NCBI GenBank assembly: GCA_900617105.1
Contig: UYFQ01000759.1
Coordinates: forward strand, 1 to 64,000
DNA length: 64,000 bases
Direction of reading: 5' to 3'
Source of the DNA: Hydrurus foetidus
Taxonomy: Eukaryota
This document shows positions 9,146-21,304 of this stretch, one piece after another (the stretch's first letter is position 1; each line of letters opens with the position of its first letter). A program made the translations under genes and the position numbers. The notes under the pieces are model-generated. The model saw only the letters and a list, made by a program, of their open reading frames with translations, searched no databases and had not been told where the DNA came from.

Positions 9146-9326
9146 AGAGATGTGCTAGGTATTGATACTACTCGTAAGGACCACCCAACTTGTGTATGTG
9201 AGACTCAAGTCGATAAATAATCACAACCGTGCGAACCCTCTGTAAACGCATCCATGACTAGCCAGAGGATTCGAGGCATTAAGGAATCTGGAGTCCGAGG
9301 TTCCGACGAGGGCCAGTAGCAAAATG
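9146..9326 (+). repeat. Split direct repeat B2 (181 bp), right end of the element
   Basis: Identical to B1. Confidence 0.95.
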
Positions 9327-9555
9327 TACGCTTTCCGGTTTTTAAAATTTGCATGAAAAATGCCATGAAAACAAACTCTTCAGATGAGTAACGACTTTGC
9401 ACAACAAGCTCATCACATGAAGAACACCAAGCGATATATCGTATTACATGGTAGGAAGGATGGAGTCTGAACGGCCTCTTGTAGGCCTACGGGTTATCTC
9501 GCGAATAATGTCATGTCAAAATGAGATAGCGTAGCCACCTGCGAGACGCTTTACT

Positions 9556-12500
9556 ATGACCTCCGTCATTGAGGGGATACAGATCAGAAAATTTAGGAGC
9601 ATTGCTTCAAATATCGAGAAGTTGACGTACACTTGCGAAACAATTCAAAGTTTTAGAAAAGATTCAGTCACTTATAATCCAGCTCAGGCAGACGATTTCT
9701 TAAGTGCTGTTCTGCCATTTATCGAAACAAATCTCGATTTCGTGAGCTCTCACGATGAGTGGATTGCAGCTCTTGTCGGTATCATCGAAGATCATGCAGC
9801 CAGTGGCTACAATGAAAGTATCAAACAATACTCATTTTGTTTCCACGATAGTTACGAGAAGGCAATATTTATCATTCTGAGTATGGTTGAAACGTCGGCT
9901 GTACTTAAAAGGTTCACAACTGCATTGAACAGACTTCGGCTCATAGACTCGTTGGTAGTGTCCCTCGGAAAAGTTATCGTGAGCGATGTTTCATATGCAA
10001 CTCAGGTAAAAAAGAAAAACTCGTTATCGTCAATTTTTTACTCTTCTTTTAATCATTAATTTGCTGTTCAATACGTAGGAAATCGCTCTAGACATATTAT
10101 GCAGAATGGCGATGTATTACTCAATTACTCCTCAGACAAAAGAGGGTGTCACATTCATCGAGAAACTCATATTGGCTATGCCGATAGCTGTTAGGATTTC
10201 ATTGAAGGATCCGAAAATTGGACCTAGGGGGATTCTTATCAATATGCGCCCCAATCTTAATGACATTAACAAAACAAATGAAAACGTGAATAGTTTTCCA
10301 ATAACATGCTTTGGTATTGAAGTCGCTAGATCTGTTCCTTACAAGCGTAAAATATGTGGATCTACTTGGCTTGATTTTTCGAAAGAAGTGCTTTCTTTAT
10401 ACATACCCGAGAAAGACGTAATGATGAAAGTTTCTTACCATGCCATAACAAGAGTTCATTTTGCAACAGCTACAAACACAATGCAGGTGAGATAATCAAC
10501 AGAATATCGCCTTTTAATTGTCGAGGTCACAACTAAACAGGAATATAACATTTCTGTACTCGAAGATGACCGCTAAGTACAACTTCTATGACTGTGTATT
10601 CTTTAAATGCGCTTTAAGAAATTCTCTGAGACTGCTGTTGTGATTTGATCTCAACAATAGTGACTATCAAGCATTCCTCAATTCTGTCGCACTTTCCTCC
10701 TTCCTTCTGTTTCCTGTCAGATTGGATTGGAGAGAACACCGGACAGCATGACAGGAATCATTCGGCCTGACGAGCAAACACCGAAGGGAAAAGCAACTTT
10801 CTTCTACGTTGAATTTGGAGAAGGAAATATTTCGGTGAGTTGCAGTTAATGATTGATCAATATATCACTCGCACTCTCTAACGAACGAACAAATATGCAC
10901 ACATGTACAAATACGTGTACGTACGCATGTATGTACGTACGTGCAGGTGATGGAGTCTGCCAGGGCTGCTATTTCGGGTCGACTCGAAAATGCAGAAGCA
11001 CTGATACTCACGGATGCGATGGAGAAAAGAAGAAGATATTCAAGTATTCGAATCATGAAAGTGATTGATTTTGCGTGCATGAGTCAAATTTTTGTTTGGG
11101 CATGTGAAGTAACGAATACTCTGACTGACTGACTTATTCAATGAATTACTCATTAATTGACTGACTGATTTACTGACTGATTCAATGTTGTACTGACTGA
11201 CTGATACACTGTTTGTCTACCTGTTTGTGTCTATGTGTATGTGTATCTGACGGACTTACTCACCTACTGACTGATACACAAATTGGCTGACAGACAGACT
11301 GACTGCCCTCCTCACACACTGACTGACTGGCATATTTGCGTATTAAATGATGTTACCCATCACAGTTATTTCCAGCAGAGATCAGACACCTGAGGTTCGG
11401 GTTACTGCTCAAGCTGACATCACGAGAAACAGAACCAGTAAGGGGGTATCTCCTTTCTCACCAGATGAAGTAGCAATAGGAGGAGGAGAAAGAGGAGGAG
11501 GTGCAGGAGGAGGAGAAGGAAGTGAGGTTGAGGAGATGGAAATCGAACCAGAAATAAGTATAGAAGTAGGAATGGATGTCCAGGATGTAGAAATTGACAT
11601 TATACCGGTTAACACATCGAGATTGACTGTCAATGCACTGACAGCTGAGAAGAAACAACCACCCATACCGCGTCTTTTAAAAGGTACCATTTGACCTCAT
11701 TTAATGTTAGATGTTCTGATTTTACGACAATTTTTATTCTCTCTCTTTCTCACTGCTAATCTTTTCTGCTCTCCCACTCTCCCTTTAATTCAAATCCTAG
11801 CTGCAGTTGAAGTGAAACCCGATATCATCACTAATATTCCTGCGACAGCAAGTGCAAAAGTTAGTGCGAAGAAGAAGAAAGCACCACCAGTGATTGAAGA
11901 AACGTTTGTTAACACTGGCTATGCTCGACATCGCCTTCAAGGCAGTGGGGTAAAAGTAGTGGAAAAGAGTAGTGCTGTCCAACCTCCTCTTGAAGTTATC
12001 AATGACGAACTCAGCCAGAAGAAAATTGCTGAGAAAAATATTGAGAAAAATATTGTGAAGAATTTTGAAGTTTTGAAATCTGCGAGGAGAAAGAGCCGTA
12101 ATACGGTATATTCTGATGATGATGATTTCGGTACTGCTGATCAACAAACTCCTGTAAAGAAAAGTTTAGATCCTACACCGATAATGATGAAGGAGAAAGT
12201 GAAGCAGAAAGAGAGGGAAAAAGAGAAAGAGAAAGAGGGTAAAGGAAAAAGAGAGGGAAAGTGAGAAAGAGAGGGGGATAGTGGAAGAGATGGAGAAAAA
12301 GAAAAGGATGAAGGAAAAGAAGGAGAAAGAGGAGAGAAGAGAGAGGGTAAAGGAAAAAGAGAGGGAAAGTGAGAAAGAGAGGGGGATAGTGGAAGAGATG
12401 GAGAAAAAGAAAAGGATGAAGGAAAAGAAGGAGAAAGAGAGGGAAAAAGAGACTGAAAGAGAGAGAGAGAGGGTAAAGGAAAAAGAGAGGGAAAGTGAGA

Positions 12501-15351
12501 AAGAGAGGGGGATAGTGGAAGAGATGGAGAAAAAGAAAAGGATGAAGGAAAAGAAGGAGGAAGAGAGGGAGGAAGAGAAGGCGACAGAAAAGGAAAAGGA
12601 GAAGGAGAAAGAAAAAGAGATGGAAGAAGAGAAGGAGAGGGAGAATGAGAAGGGCAAGGAGAAGGGGAAAAGAGGTAGTGACCGGAGGAGCACATTGACA
12701 AAGAGCAGTGTGCTTCAAGACATCTCCAACACCCTCTCCATTCCATCACAATCACAAACTTCCCCTCTTACTCCCCTTCCCTCTACCACTCCAACGCTGC
12801 TAAGTCCACTTTCTTGACAGACAAGAGAAGACGTACTTATGGCGGCAAGGTAAAAACCCCTGCAGCCGCGCCAACAGATGAAGGTGAAAGTGCAGGTGTG
12901 GGTGGAAGTGTGGATAATGAGAATTATAACTCTAACCCGCTCACACCGTTAAATACGGCTAACACGGCCAGACGCCGAAGCTACAGGGCGAAGACGCCCA
13001 TGGATCCTGGACTGGAAGATTCCACTATTTCGAATACAAGTAAATCCTCTAAGCTCATCGGAGGATTGAATACCGCTTATGCGTATGGCAGAGGGGTGAG
13101 TAAAGGGAGTATGGATACTACGGCTACGGCTAAATCCGGTACATCTCAAAGGAATGCAACACCGAAAGTCATCAAGGTCTTCAATGACAAGGACAGAGTG
13201 ATAGACGGAGAGAAAGAAAGAGAGAGAAAAAGGGAGAGTAACATCACGCCACATGTGACTGCGAAGAAAGCTCGCATGAGAACAGCAACCATGAGCGAAG
13301 ATGATCCAGATGAAGAAGAAAAAGCGGTCTTAAAAAAGTCCAAAATTGAGTTAGAACAAGAACAAGAGAGAGAGGTACAAGAAGAACAGCAAGATGATAA
13401 TAATGGTAATAGTGATGAACATGAAGATTATCCAATCGATCATCCAGAGGGCGATAGGGATAGGGATAGGGATAGGGAGGAGGTGAATGATGGTGTTGCA
13501 GCTAATGCTACAAGTGACTCCCCATTACATAGTGCTGTAACAAAATCAACAATGCTCATCGAGAGTAAGAATAGTAGGAGTGATAATCGTGATAAAAACA
13601 AAATGATTGAGAATGATACGGATAAGGAGAAGGAGAAAGAGAAAGAACAAGTAGTCAAGATGAAGGTAAAAACACCACCTAAGAAAAGAGGATTAGAAGA
13701 TGTACCTATTCAAGGGAACAAAAGAAAAGTATCACCTGTTCATGATGCACCTTTATCTCAAGGGTGGAGGCCTCAGTTTAGTATGACGTCTGCGAATACA
13801 TCTGATGCTAGGGAGAGTGGTGTGGAAGTGGGACTCGGTGGTAGTCGTGTGATGGATGAGGATGTATTTGAAGAGGAGGAGTTGAAGAAAGTGTCGAGAT
13901 TAGATGCGAGTGCAAGAGACGGGGCATCCATTTATGAATCCACACGTAATGAGAAGAGTGGGAGGGGTGAGAGGAATGAGAGTAGTGGCAGTATGAAAGC
14001 TGAAACACTATCACAGACACGTACATCTGGTAGTCAGTACGTATCAGAACAGGACGATGTAGGCGGCTCATACGATTCTGTTGCAAGCAGTCAAGACACC
14101 GCCTTACCTGACAGGAGAAGAAAAGGCAGAGAAAAAGAGCGCAGTCCGTCTAACAGCAGTGATGGAGAGGAACCGAGCAGTGATGAAGATGGTGTTATCG
14201 CTATGTGAGAGTTGGGAAGTGACTGTTTTATTTGCTATCCAATACTCAGTTCGATTCTGTTTTTCGATACTCAGTTCGATACTCAGTCATGGAATAATTG
14301 AACGACTTCAACAGATTACTTCATACTTCTATACAGTAATTTTGGTTTTTATTTTTTCATCAACTGCACAAACGTGCATGGCAATCACTCCACTTTCATA
14401 TTTGTGTTTATATTTATACTCATACTTATCTTAATACTCATGTTTGTATTCAAGTTCGTCCTTATATGAATATTCGTGTTTATATTTTTGTTTACATTTC
14501 TTTTCCGTTAATATCCGTTAATATTCATGTTCATATTTTATTAACATATTTATCTCGTCTCAAGGTTGTTAGAGGAACTGGTGGCAATGCAAAAGGCGCG
14601 AGCTAGCCGGAAACGCCAGCGATTAATGACGGTACGCATTGAAGAACGTTCACTTGATGTTAAATTCAATTGCCTGCGATTGTCACATTAGCGGAGCATG
14701 ATGATCACACAGATTGAAGGAACATTAGACAAGAAAACTTCAATTTTTCTGCGATCTGCGATTGTTCGAGTAGCAAATCAGTGAATTATTTGTCTTAATT
14801 GCACTTTGTCATATCAGATTACATTGTTGAATGATACTGATTGTTAATCAATTTGATCAGTACAGAATGATAACAATAAATAACTTTGTTGCCTTTACTG
14901 AACTGATGCACTGTAGGCAGCAGTCCATGCAGTTACAACACAAGTATCAACATATCTCACACAATGGTGTGATTTCAACGAAACGACCTGTTCTGAACTC
15001 ACAAGATCAACAACGGAGAAGTTGGAAGGGCTGTGCAGTACGGCAGATATCGTATGCGATGCGTTAAACACATGTGTACAGAACTGTGATAAAAGCTTCA
15101 AAGAAATCACAGCACAAAATGTACAGATGGAGAATGACATGAAAGTGTTAAAAATGGAAATAATAGCATCAGAAATTTCTTACAGAGAGGAAGAGGCAAG
15201 TTTTAAAAATGCCATTACCGCACGCAAGAAAAAGATAATTGAGAATGCAAAGAAAAGCTATCAGAATAGTAAGAGGGAGAAGGGAGCGAGTGGGGAAGCG
15301 GGGTCGAGGAAGAACACCAAACAACTCATGTTAGCATTGAGAGATCTGTGA
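9556..15351 (+). CDS. Multi-exon SYCP2/Red1/ASY3-like meiotic chromosome-axis core protein (ARM-like + PH-like N-terminus, closure-motif candidate, long disordered linker, C-terminal coiled coil)
   Basis: Approximate exons 9556-10005, 10079-10486, 10721-10834, 10947-11043, 11366-~11683, 11801-12238, 12821-~14203, ~14564-14631, ~14918-15351. Spliced SLGKVIVSDVSYATQEIALDILCRM, RPNLNDIN...VNSFP and WLDFSKEVLSLYI resemble the SYCP2 N-terminal domains as recalled from memory. KRRRYSI follows the PH-like part. Confidence 0.6.
12235..12700 (+). repeat. Three copies of a ~90-bp purine-rich unit plus GA-rich low-complexity sequence
   Basis: GAGGGTAAAGGAAAAAGAGAGGGAAAGTGAGAAAGAG... starts at 12235, 12343 and 12469 (spacings 108 and 126). 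Confidence 0.9.
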
Positions 15352-16531
15352 GATGGGATGGGACGGGATGGGACGAAATATAAAATCATCTAAAATGAAA
15401 CAGCGACATAACACGATTCAAAATGAGAAGGACTATGATAATATCAGATAAATGCGTGGAGAAGGATAACGTAACATAGGATATGATGATACTATATGAC
15501 GTAGTATTACGTGATGTGACGTAGCATAGATATACCTGAAACAGCAATAGTCTTATTCGATCATATGCTTTTAGCCTGTATCGCGCGTTATGCAATGGAA
15601 CAAAAAGAAAATGCTTACTCATAAGGCGATAGGAACTCGACGAAACTCTCCTCACAAATACCGATTGAAAGAATGTAGGTATCACATAACCGTATATACG
15701 TAGATAATCGATAAAAAGTGTTTTATATCATACGCCGAAAAATTCGATTCAACTTAATTCAAAGCGATGCGATGCACATACAAAATGGAAACTTGACGAT
15801 TTATTTCACTCACAAATTTACGCAGAAATATGCATTAATGTATGCACAATATCTACACGTCAGGATAACTTTTGAGTCGATGACAATGACTATGACTGTT
15901 ACTATTGCTTATTGTCGTTTTCTTTTTGTCTCAAGGAATGACAGCTCTATAGCATCATTGTTCTCTTCTTCCATGATTTCTTGTGTCGTTATGAAATGGG
16001 ATATATTGGAATGAGATGGGATTGGACAGAGTAGTTGTCTACTCCTCCATACTCACATGTACTCAATGTACATACGCAACGATGCAATCTACAGGCTAAC
16101 GATAGACGTCCAGAATCCACTCACGCACAGTCACTATCAGACACACAATGAAATAGGACGACAAATTGAAGTCACGGATGAAACACATTCTGAACGATTC
16201 TAATCAGTAATGACATTGGTAGAATTAATAGTGAGACCATTGCGATAGCTAGGACAGAATGTAATGTCCAATAAATATGAACGAATCCAAGGTGAAAATG
16301 AAATGGTGGTTTTAACAGTTCTCAAACCTCTTTTCGTTCTTTGTTTTGGACATTTTATTCTGTCCTGGTAATACTTACTAATATGCTTTTTAACATCAGT
16401 CACTGAGGCAGTCTGAATACTTGATACCAAATATTACGAATGTACGTCGAGTACGTATGCGTCAGAAAAGATCATTCTAAAGAAAAATGAAAGTGAGGGT
16501 ACAAAGCAGAGTTGAGAAAACACTTTATACT

Positions 16532-19500
16532 CTATAACGTACGCCCCACTACCCACTGTACGGACAGAACGCACACAAACACGCCCCACACAGCACCACT
16601 CCTTCCTCCTCTTTTCATAGCACTAGAAGTTGAATTGCCTACTGCAGGAGGAATCTGACAGTTATCACCAGTGAAGGAGTTAAGAGTGCAGTTACATCCT
16701 GTATAGCCTGTACCGCAAATGCCCTGTCCGTTACACGCCACACCTAATCGAGTGAGAGGGTAAGACAGATACATTGTAAGAGAGACCGGATAAAAATCGG
16801 AGTATAGATAGACAAGATGACAATAAGTGCGGAAGATAAGTAGGATCAATGTCAAAGCATAAGTCAGATAAGATAAGATAAGAATAGGACTGTAAGATAA
16901 GTGAGGTAAGATTGCACAAGGTAAGATATGCAGCGTAAGGTCAGGAGGTTAGGGTATTGTAAGAGTGGAGATGTAGGTGGTTCTATATCGAGTATGGGGA
17001 TGTCTGGTGAGATGTAAATTGTCAGTTGATTGTGCTCCCTCTTATCTCCCACTGTCTAGGTCATCTCATCAACTGTATGGAATATGCATGTTTTATACTT
17101 GTGAATGATAGCTGTCACATGAAGAGCACTGCATATGATCCACAGTACACTTCATAGTGAAACTTCATAACTGTATTTTTCATGATAAAACATCAATTCA
17201 GTATTGCTAATACATAGAGTCAGCAATACATTACTACCAACACATCACAATGACGAGAATCATCTCATAGATAAGATAAGATGTGATAAGATACGATAAG
17301 CGCTTTTACTCACCGTTAACATCGCACACAATTCCACTACCACTTTCATAGACTGCACTGCTCATAGGACCTGAGTTCGAATACTGTCCGCCAATCAAAA
17401 AGAAACTGCCAGGTCGCTGAATGTATTGAGAGAGGAGTGTGTGCGGGAGATGATGATGATAGGGTAAGTAACTTCCCTAGTATGTGCAATCTATTGCAGT
17501 GAAGTGTAGCGTAGTGCAGTGTGTTGTAGTGTAATACAGTGTAGTGTAATGCAGTGTGTTGTAGAGGAATGTAGTGTGATGTAGTGCAGTGTCATACCTA
17601 AACAGCACTTAAAGGATTGTCTTACAGCGTATTTGGCGAATATGAATGTATAATGGTTGATCTCAGCGGACACTTACCAGTACAAAAACAGATTATTGTC
17701 ATTTAGTTGCGACTTCGACAACAACTAGGTGGAGATCGACGAAGCACTACTTCTATGGTACGTGTTATGCAGTGCGAAGTAACACAATGCATTACAATGC
17801 AATGCAATGTAGTTAAGTGTATTCAAATGCAGTGTAGCGTAATGCAACACACTGCAATGCACACGATGGAGGCGGCATAAGATGACGTCCAATAGAAAAT
17901 ATTCCACTCTACATACCCTCACCTCGTTGCGTGAAGTAGTGTTAAACTCCACCATGGTAGCTCCCCACATACCCAGATGCACAGCAGAGGATTTAAGCGC
18001 AGTATTACTCCACTCTTGGGATGAATATTGAGGGAGCGGAGAGGAGCCACCTCCTTCTTCATAGCTAATCTGATTCCAAACAATTCCATCTGTCGACCAA
18101 TACGCGTCTAGTTTACCCTCCACCGATAGATATTTCTTATTTGATAATGTACTGTTTCCTATCATATTTTAACATATTGTTGAGGTTTCTTATCGGCAGT
18201 AATTGGTGTGGTGAAGTAACACGAAAATCGTGAGAAATAACAGCTTTTGATTCTTGGAGGGCAGAGTATTACCAGGACAGAGTATGGTGATAGAAACACG
18301 GAATGAAAACAGGTTTGAGCGCTGTTGAAATCACGATTTCAATTCCACCTTGTTTTCGTTTACATTGTCGGACATTTTATTTTGTTCCGGTAATACAAGA
18401 CTGTAGATATATGTATGAGTCCGTACGCACGTACCTACGTTACCCCCCGAAAATAGGAACATCTTCTCCGGTATGGTAGATTGGTCTACATGAAGCACAC
18501 TGAAGACAAACCACGCTCTACTATCAAATGCAGCCGCGTCCGTTAGCAGGGACCACTGTTGGCCGTCATACTGCCAAACGTCTGACATACAGGATATTCC
18601 GGTATAATTCATGTGTCCAAACGGCCAACCTCCAAACCCTCCGGCTAATACCATACGCTCTATGCTGTCCCCTTTTTTATCTCCTTCATTATCGTGTTTT
18701 TTGTCTCCTTTTTTAGCGCTTAGTATAAGTTGTGATAGCAGACCAGCACCTACTCTAGGAGACCATGGGGCCTAATGTCGGTTATAAAGAGGAGAGAAGG
18801 AGGGGAGGGAAAGAGAGGGGAGATAGGGAGGGAAGGGCGAGGGAGGGAGGGAAAGTGAAGAGAAGGGGTGGAGAGGGAAGAGAAAAGTAGAGAAGAAAGG
18901 AAAAGGAGATGGGAGGGAAGAGAGGATAAGGTTGTCAGTGACTCTGTTAGTCTTTGTGGGCATCCAGAAACATTGAATGTCGCGATAGAGCAGACGAGAT
19001 GGCAGCGATAATGTGACAGATTGACATTGGCTGTGCCAATGATAGGATAGAATTCATAATGTGAGTTGATAGAAATGGTGGAGGTAGTCGTGTGAGATGG
19101 ATTTGCTGACGTCAATGTAAACGTAACACGGCGCTCAATTGCAATGAAAATACTCTGTCGCAAAATGCAAATCATCAGCCCCAAGAACTCGGAAAGTACA
19201 TTGAATAAGATGGATAGCATGAGGCAGGAAGAAGCAAAGATGAAGGGAAGGAGATGACGTGAAGTGAGGTGTATCATGTATACTTACGTCTGGATGTTTG
19301 CTCCAATACAGTGCGTAGGTGGAACTCATGTACCTAGAGACACAAACAGAATTGCATGGAGTGAGTGAGTTACTTAGTAAGTGAAGTGCACTAATAGAGG
19401 TAGTGTGAGGTAGTGCGTGCATCACTGCAACATCATCACAACTTCTTAGTGTCAAAGAGTGAGACAGAACAGAGTATGACAATTCAAGACTGGTAGCTTT

Positions 19501-20919
19501 TGCTTCGTAGAAAAAAAGAGGACAGATGAAGAACAGCATAGGAGAGAGAAGAAGAGAACAATAAAAGTAAACTTCAGTAGAGGACAGAAGGGGACAGCGC
19601 AGAGCAGTGTAGGAGAGAACAGGAAAACGCAACTCAACACAACGAATACACCACAGCACAACAGTACAGTACAGTACAGGACAGAAGGTACATACATGGC
19701 TCTAGTCAAAGGTGTTCTTGTTCGTTCCACAGAAACTATTCTATCCAAACTCCACACTTCGTTATTCAGTGGGGACCCCCCAACAAGCCACATCTTTCCC
19801 TTGTAGGTGGTCACAGAGTGATACCCTCTCGGACTCCATGGTGCAGTGCCTGAGTAAATATTGTTTTGATCGGAATGTTATATTCATATGAATGTTAGTT
19901 TGATGGAAATGAATTTAGTAAAAACGATTTTGATAGAAATGTTTATACGTTCGTGATCAGTACAGTCAGTTAGATATATTGGTAGATATGTTCATCATCA
20001 GTGCGGTCAGTTACATGTGAGTGAAGTGAGTAAAGTTAGCGATACTCTGCATTTGAATGCCTTCTGATCAACATTTAAACAATGAAAAAAGTAATTGCAA
20101 GATTTCTGAAATGTTTCTGTAAAGTGTTACACGTCGCATGTTATCAGTAGATTGTTGTTGAAAGTATTGGCAGAAGATGATAAAAATGCAGGAAAATAAA
20201 AGACCTGTGTAATACCAAGTAATTCCATCAGGTGTAACCCACACGTCATTCGAAGGCTGAGGTGTGTAGCCTCCAGTAAGTATCATTACACCTTGCGTCA
20301 AACTGTATGATGACTGATTTATCGCTGTTAGACTGTGTCCGAATCTAGGATACCAAGGAGCCAATTCACCGGGAATTTTAGCATCGTAATTCTGTGCATA
20401 GTAGTCGCCTTTTAATTGCACCTCCTGTATCCAGGCCGCTGTGGAAAAGAATGCAATGTGTGTCACACAGGTAGAGACTATGCACATGGAGACAGTATTG
20501 CCAAGTTGTCTTTAAGATTATTCACCAAAGCAATGATGTCATTTTCCTGACGGACCTCCATCTGATGAACTCCAAACATCTGCAGTGGTCACTGAATTTA
20601 CTAGATCATACATAGGATAGGACACTCCTCGACCTCCGACAACCCAAATGGAGCCGTTGAAAACGCACGAGGCGTGGCCTTTGATGATCGCAGAAGTTTC
20701 AAAAGGAAGCATGTGCGTGAGAAGAGGCCTCGATCACTGCGAAGTCGATAACTCCGAGAATATCAAATAGATCTCACCATTGCGGGCAGAAAATTTCACA
20801 GTTGACACGGAAATCGATTCAGCCCAATTTACTGTGGAGATGGGGATTTGAGATGCTGTCTCATAAATAGCTGTAAGGCCAAGCAGAAAGCAGTAGAAGA
20901 GCACAAGAGGGCTCATCAT
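16532..20919 (-). CDS. Multi-exon secreted/surface Kelch- or galactose-oxidase-like beta-propeller protein with a C-terminal EGF-like domain and hydrophobic (TM/GPI-like) tail
   Basis: Signal peptide MMSPLVLFYCFLLGLTA. Repeated W-x-P-R-x-x-H...GG blades (APWYPRFGHSL...ILTGGY; SPRGYHSVTTYKGKMWLVGG; DVW). EGF-like CNGQGICGTGYTGCNCTLNSFTGDNC. Hydrophobic C-terminus. Confidence 0.75.
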
Positions 20920-21232
20920 AGGATCTCATTTCGAGATACTCCACGACAACAATTTCATGCCCATTTGCCCATCAATCTCTGTTATTTACTTATCTTTTAT
21001 CATGAATCATGCATGTGTACAGTTAAAACAATTCGCACTGTGTACTGTGCGCTGGTGTGCCTCATGACGTCTGAATTCTAGGCAGGTTCCAGATCCAGTT
21101 GAACCCGCTGTAGTGTGGCACGACTCACATAGAGAATGGCTCCATTCTGAAGACTGTGCTGTAGTGGCGTCTTTAACATCAAACGCTGGCAGAAAGCTGC
21201 AGCAAAGAAAAAATGCGCTGCGAGGAAAAACA

Positions 21233-21304
21233 TGGACATTAAGGGGTTTGAACCCTTGACCTTCAGCATGCAAAGCAGACGATCTACCACTGATCTAAAC
21301 GCCC
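21233..21304 (-). tRNA. tRNA-Ala(TGC)
   Basis: Reverse complement of the copy at 22531-22602: cloverleaf with G3:U70, T-loop TTCAAAC and a downstream T5 terminator. Confidence 0.88.

Larger units (their letters stand above)
2557..9326 (+). mobile_element. Full-length tyrosine-recombinase retrotransposon (order DIRS) with Ngaro/PAT-type split direct repeats
   Basis: Layout A1(2557-2796)-gag-RT/RNaseH-YR-B1(8604-8784)-A2(8783-9022)-123-bp spacer-B2(9146-9326). A1=A2 and B1=B2 by visual comparison. Three intact intronless ORFs. No integrase, protease or classical target-site duplication. Confidence 0.95.

Noticed and set aside
12141..12755. Minus-strand Phe/Ser/Leu-rich ORFs resembling membrane proteins
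   Set aside because: Antisense translations of the GA-rich repeat.
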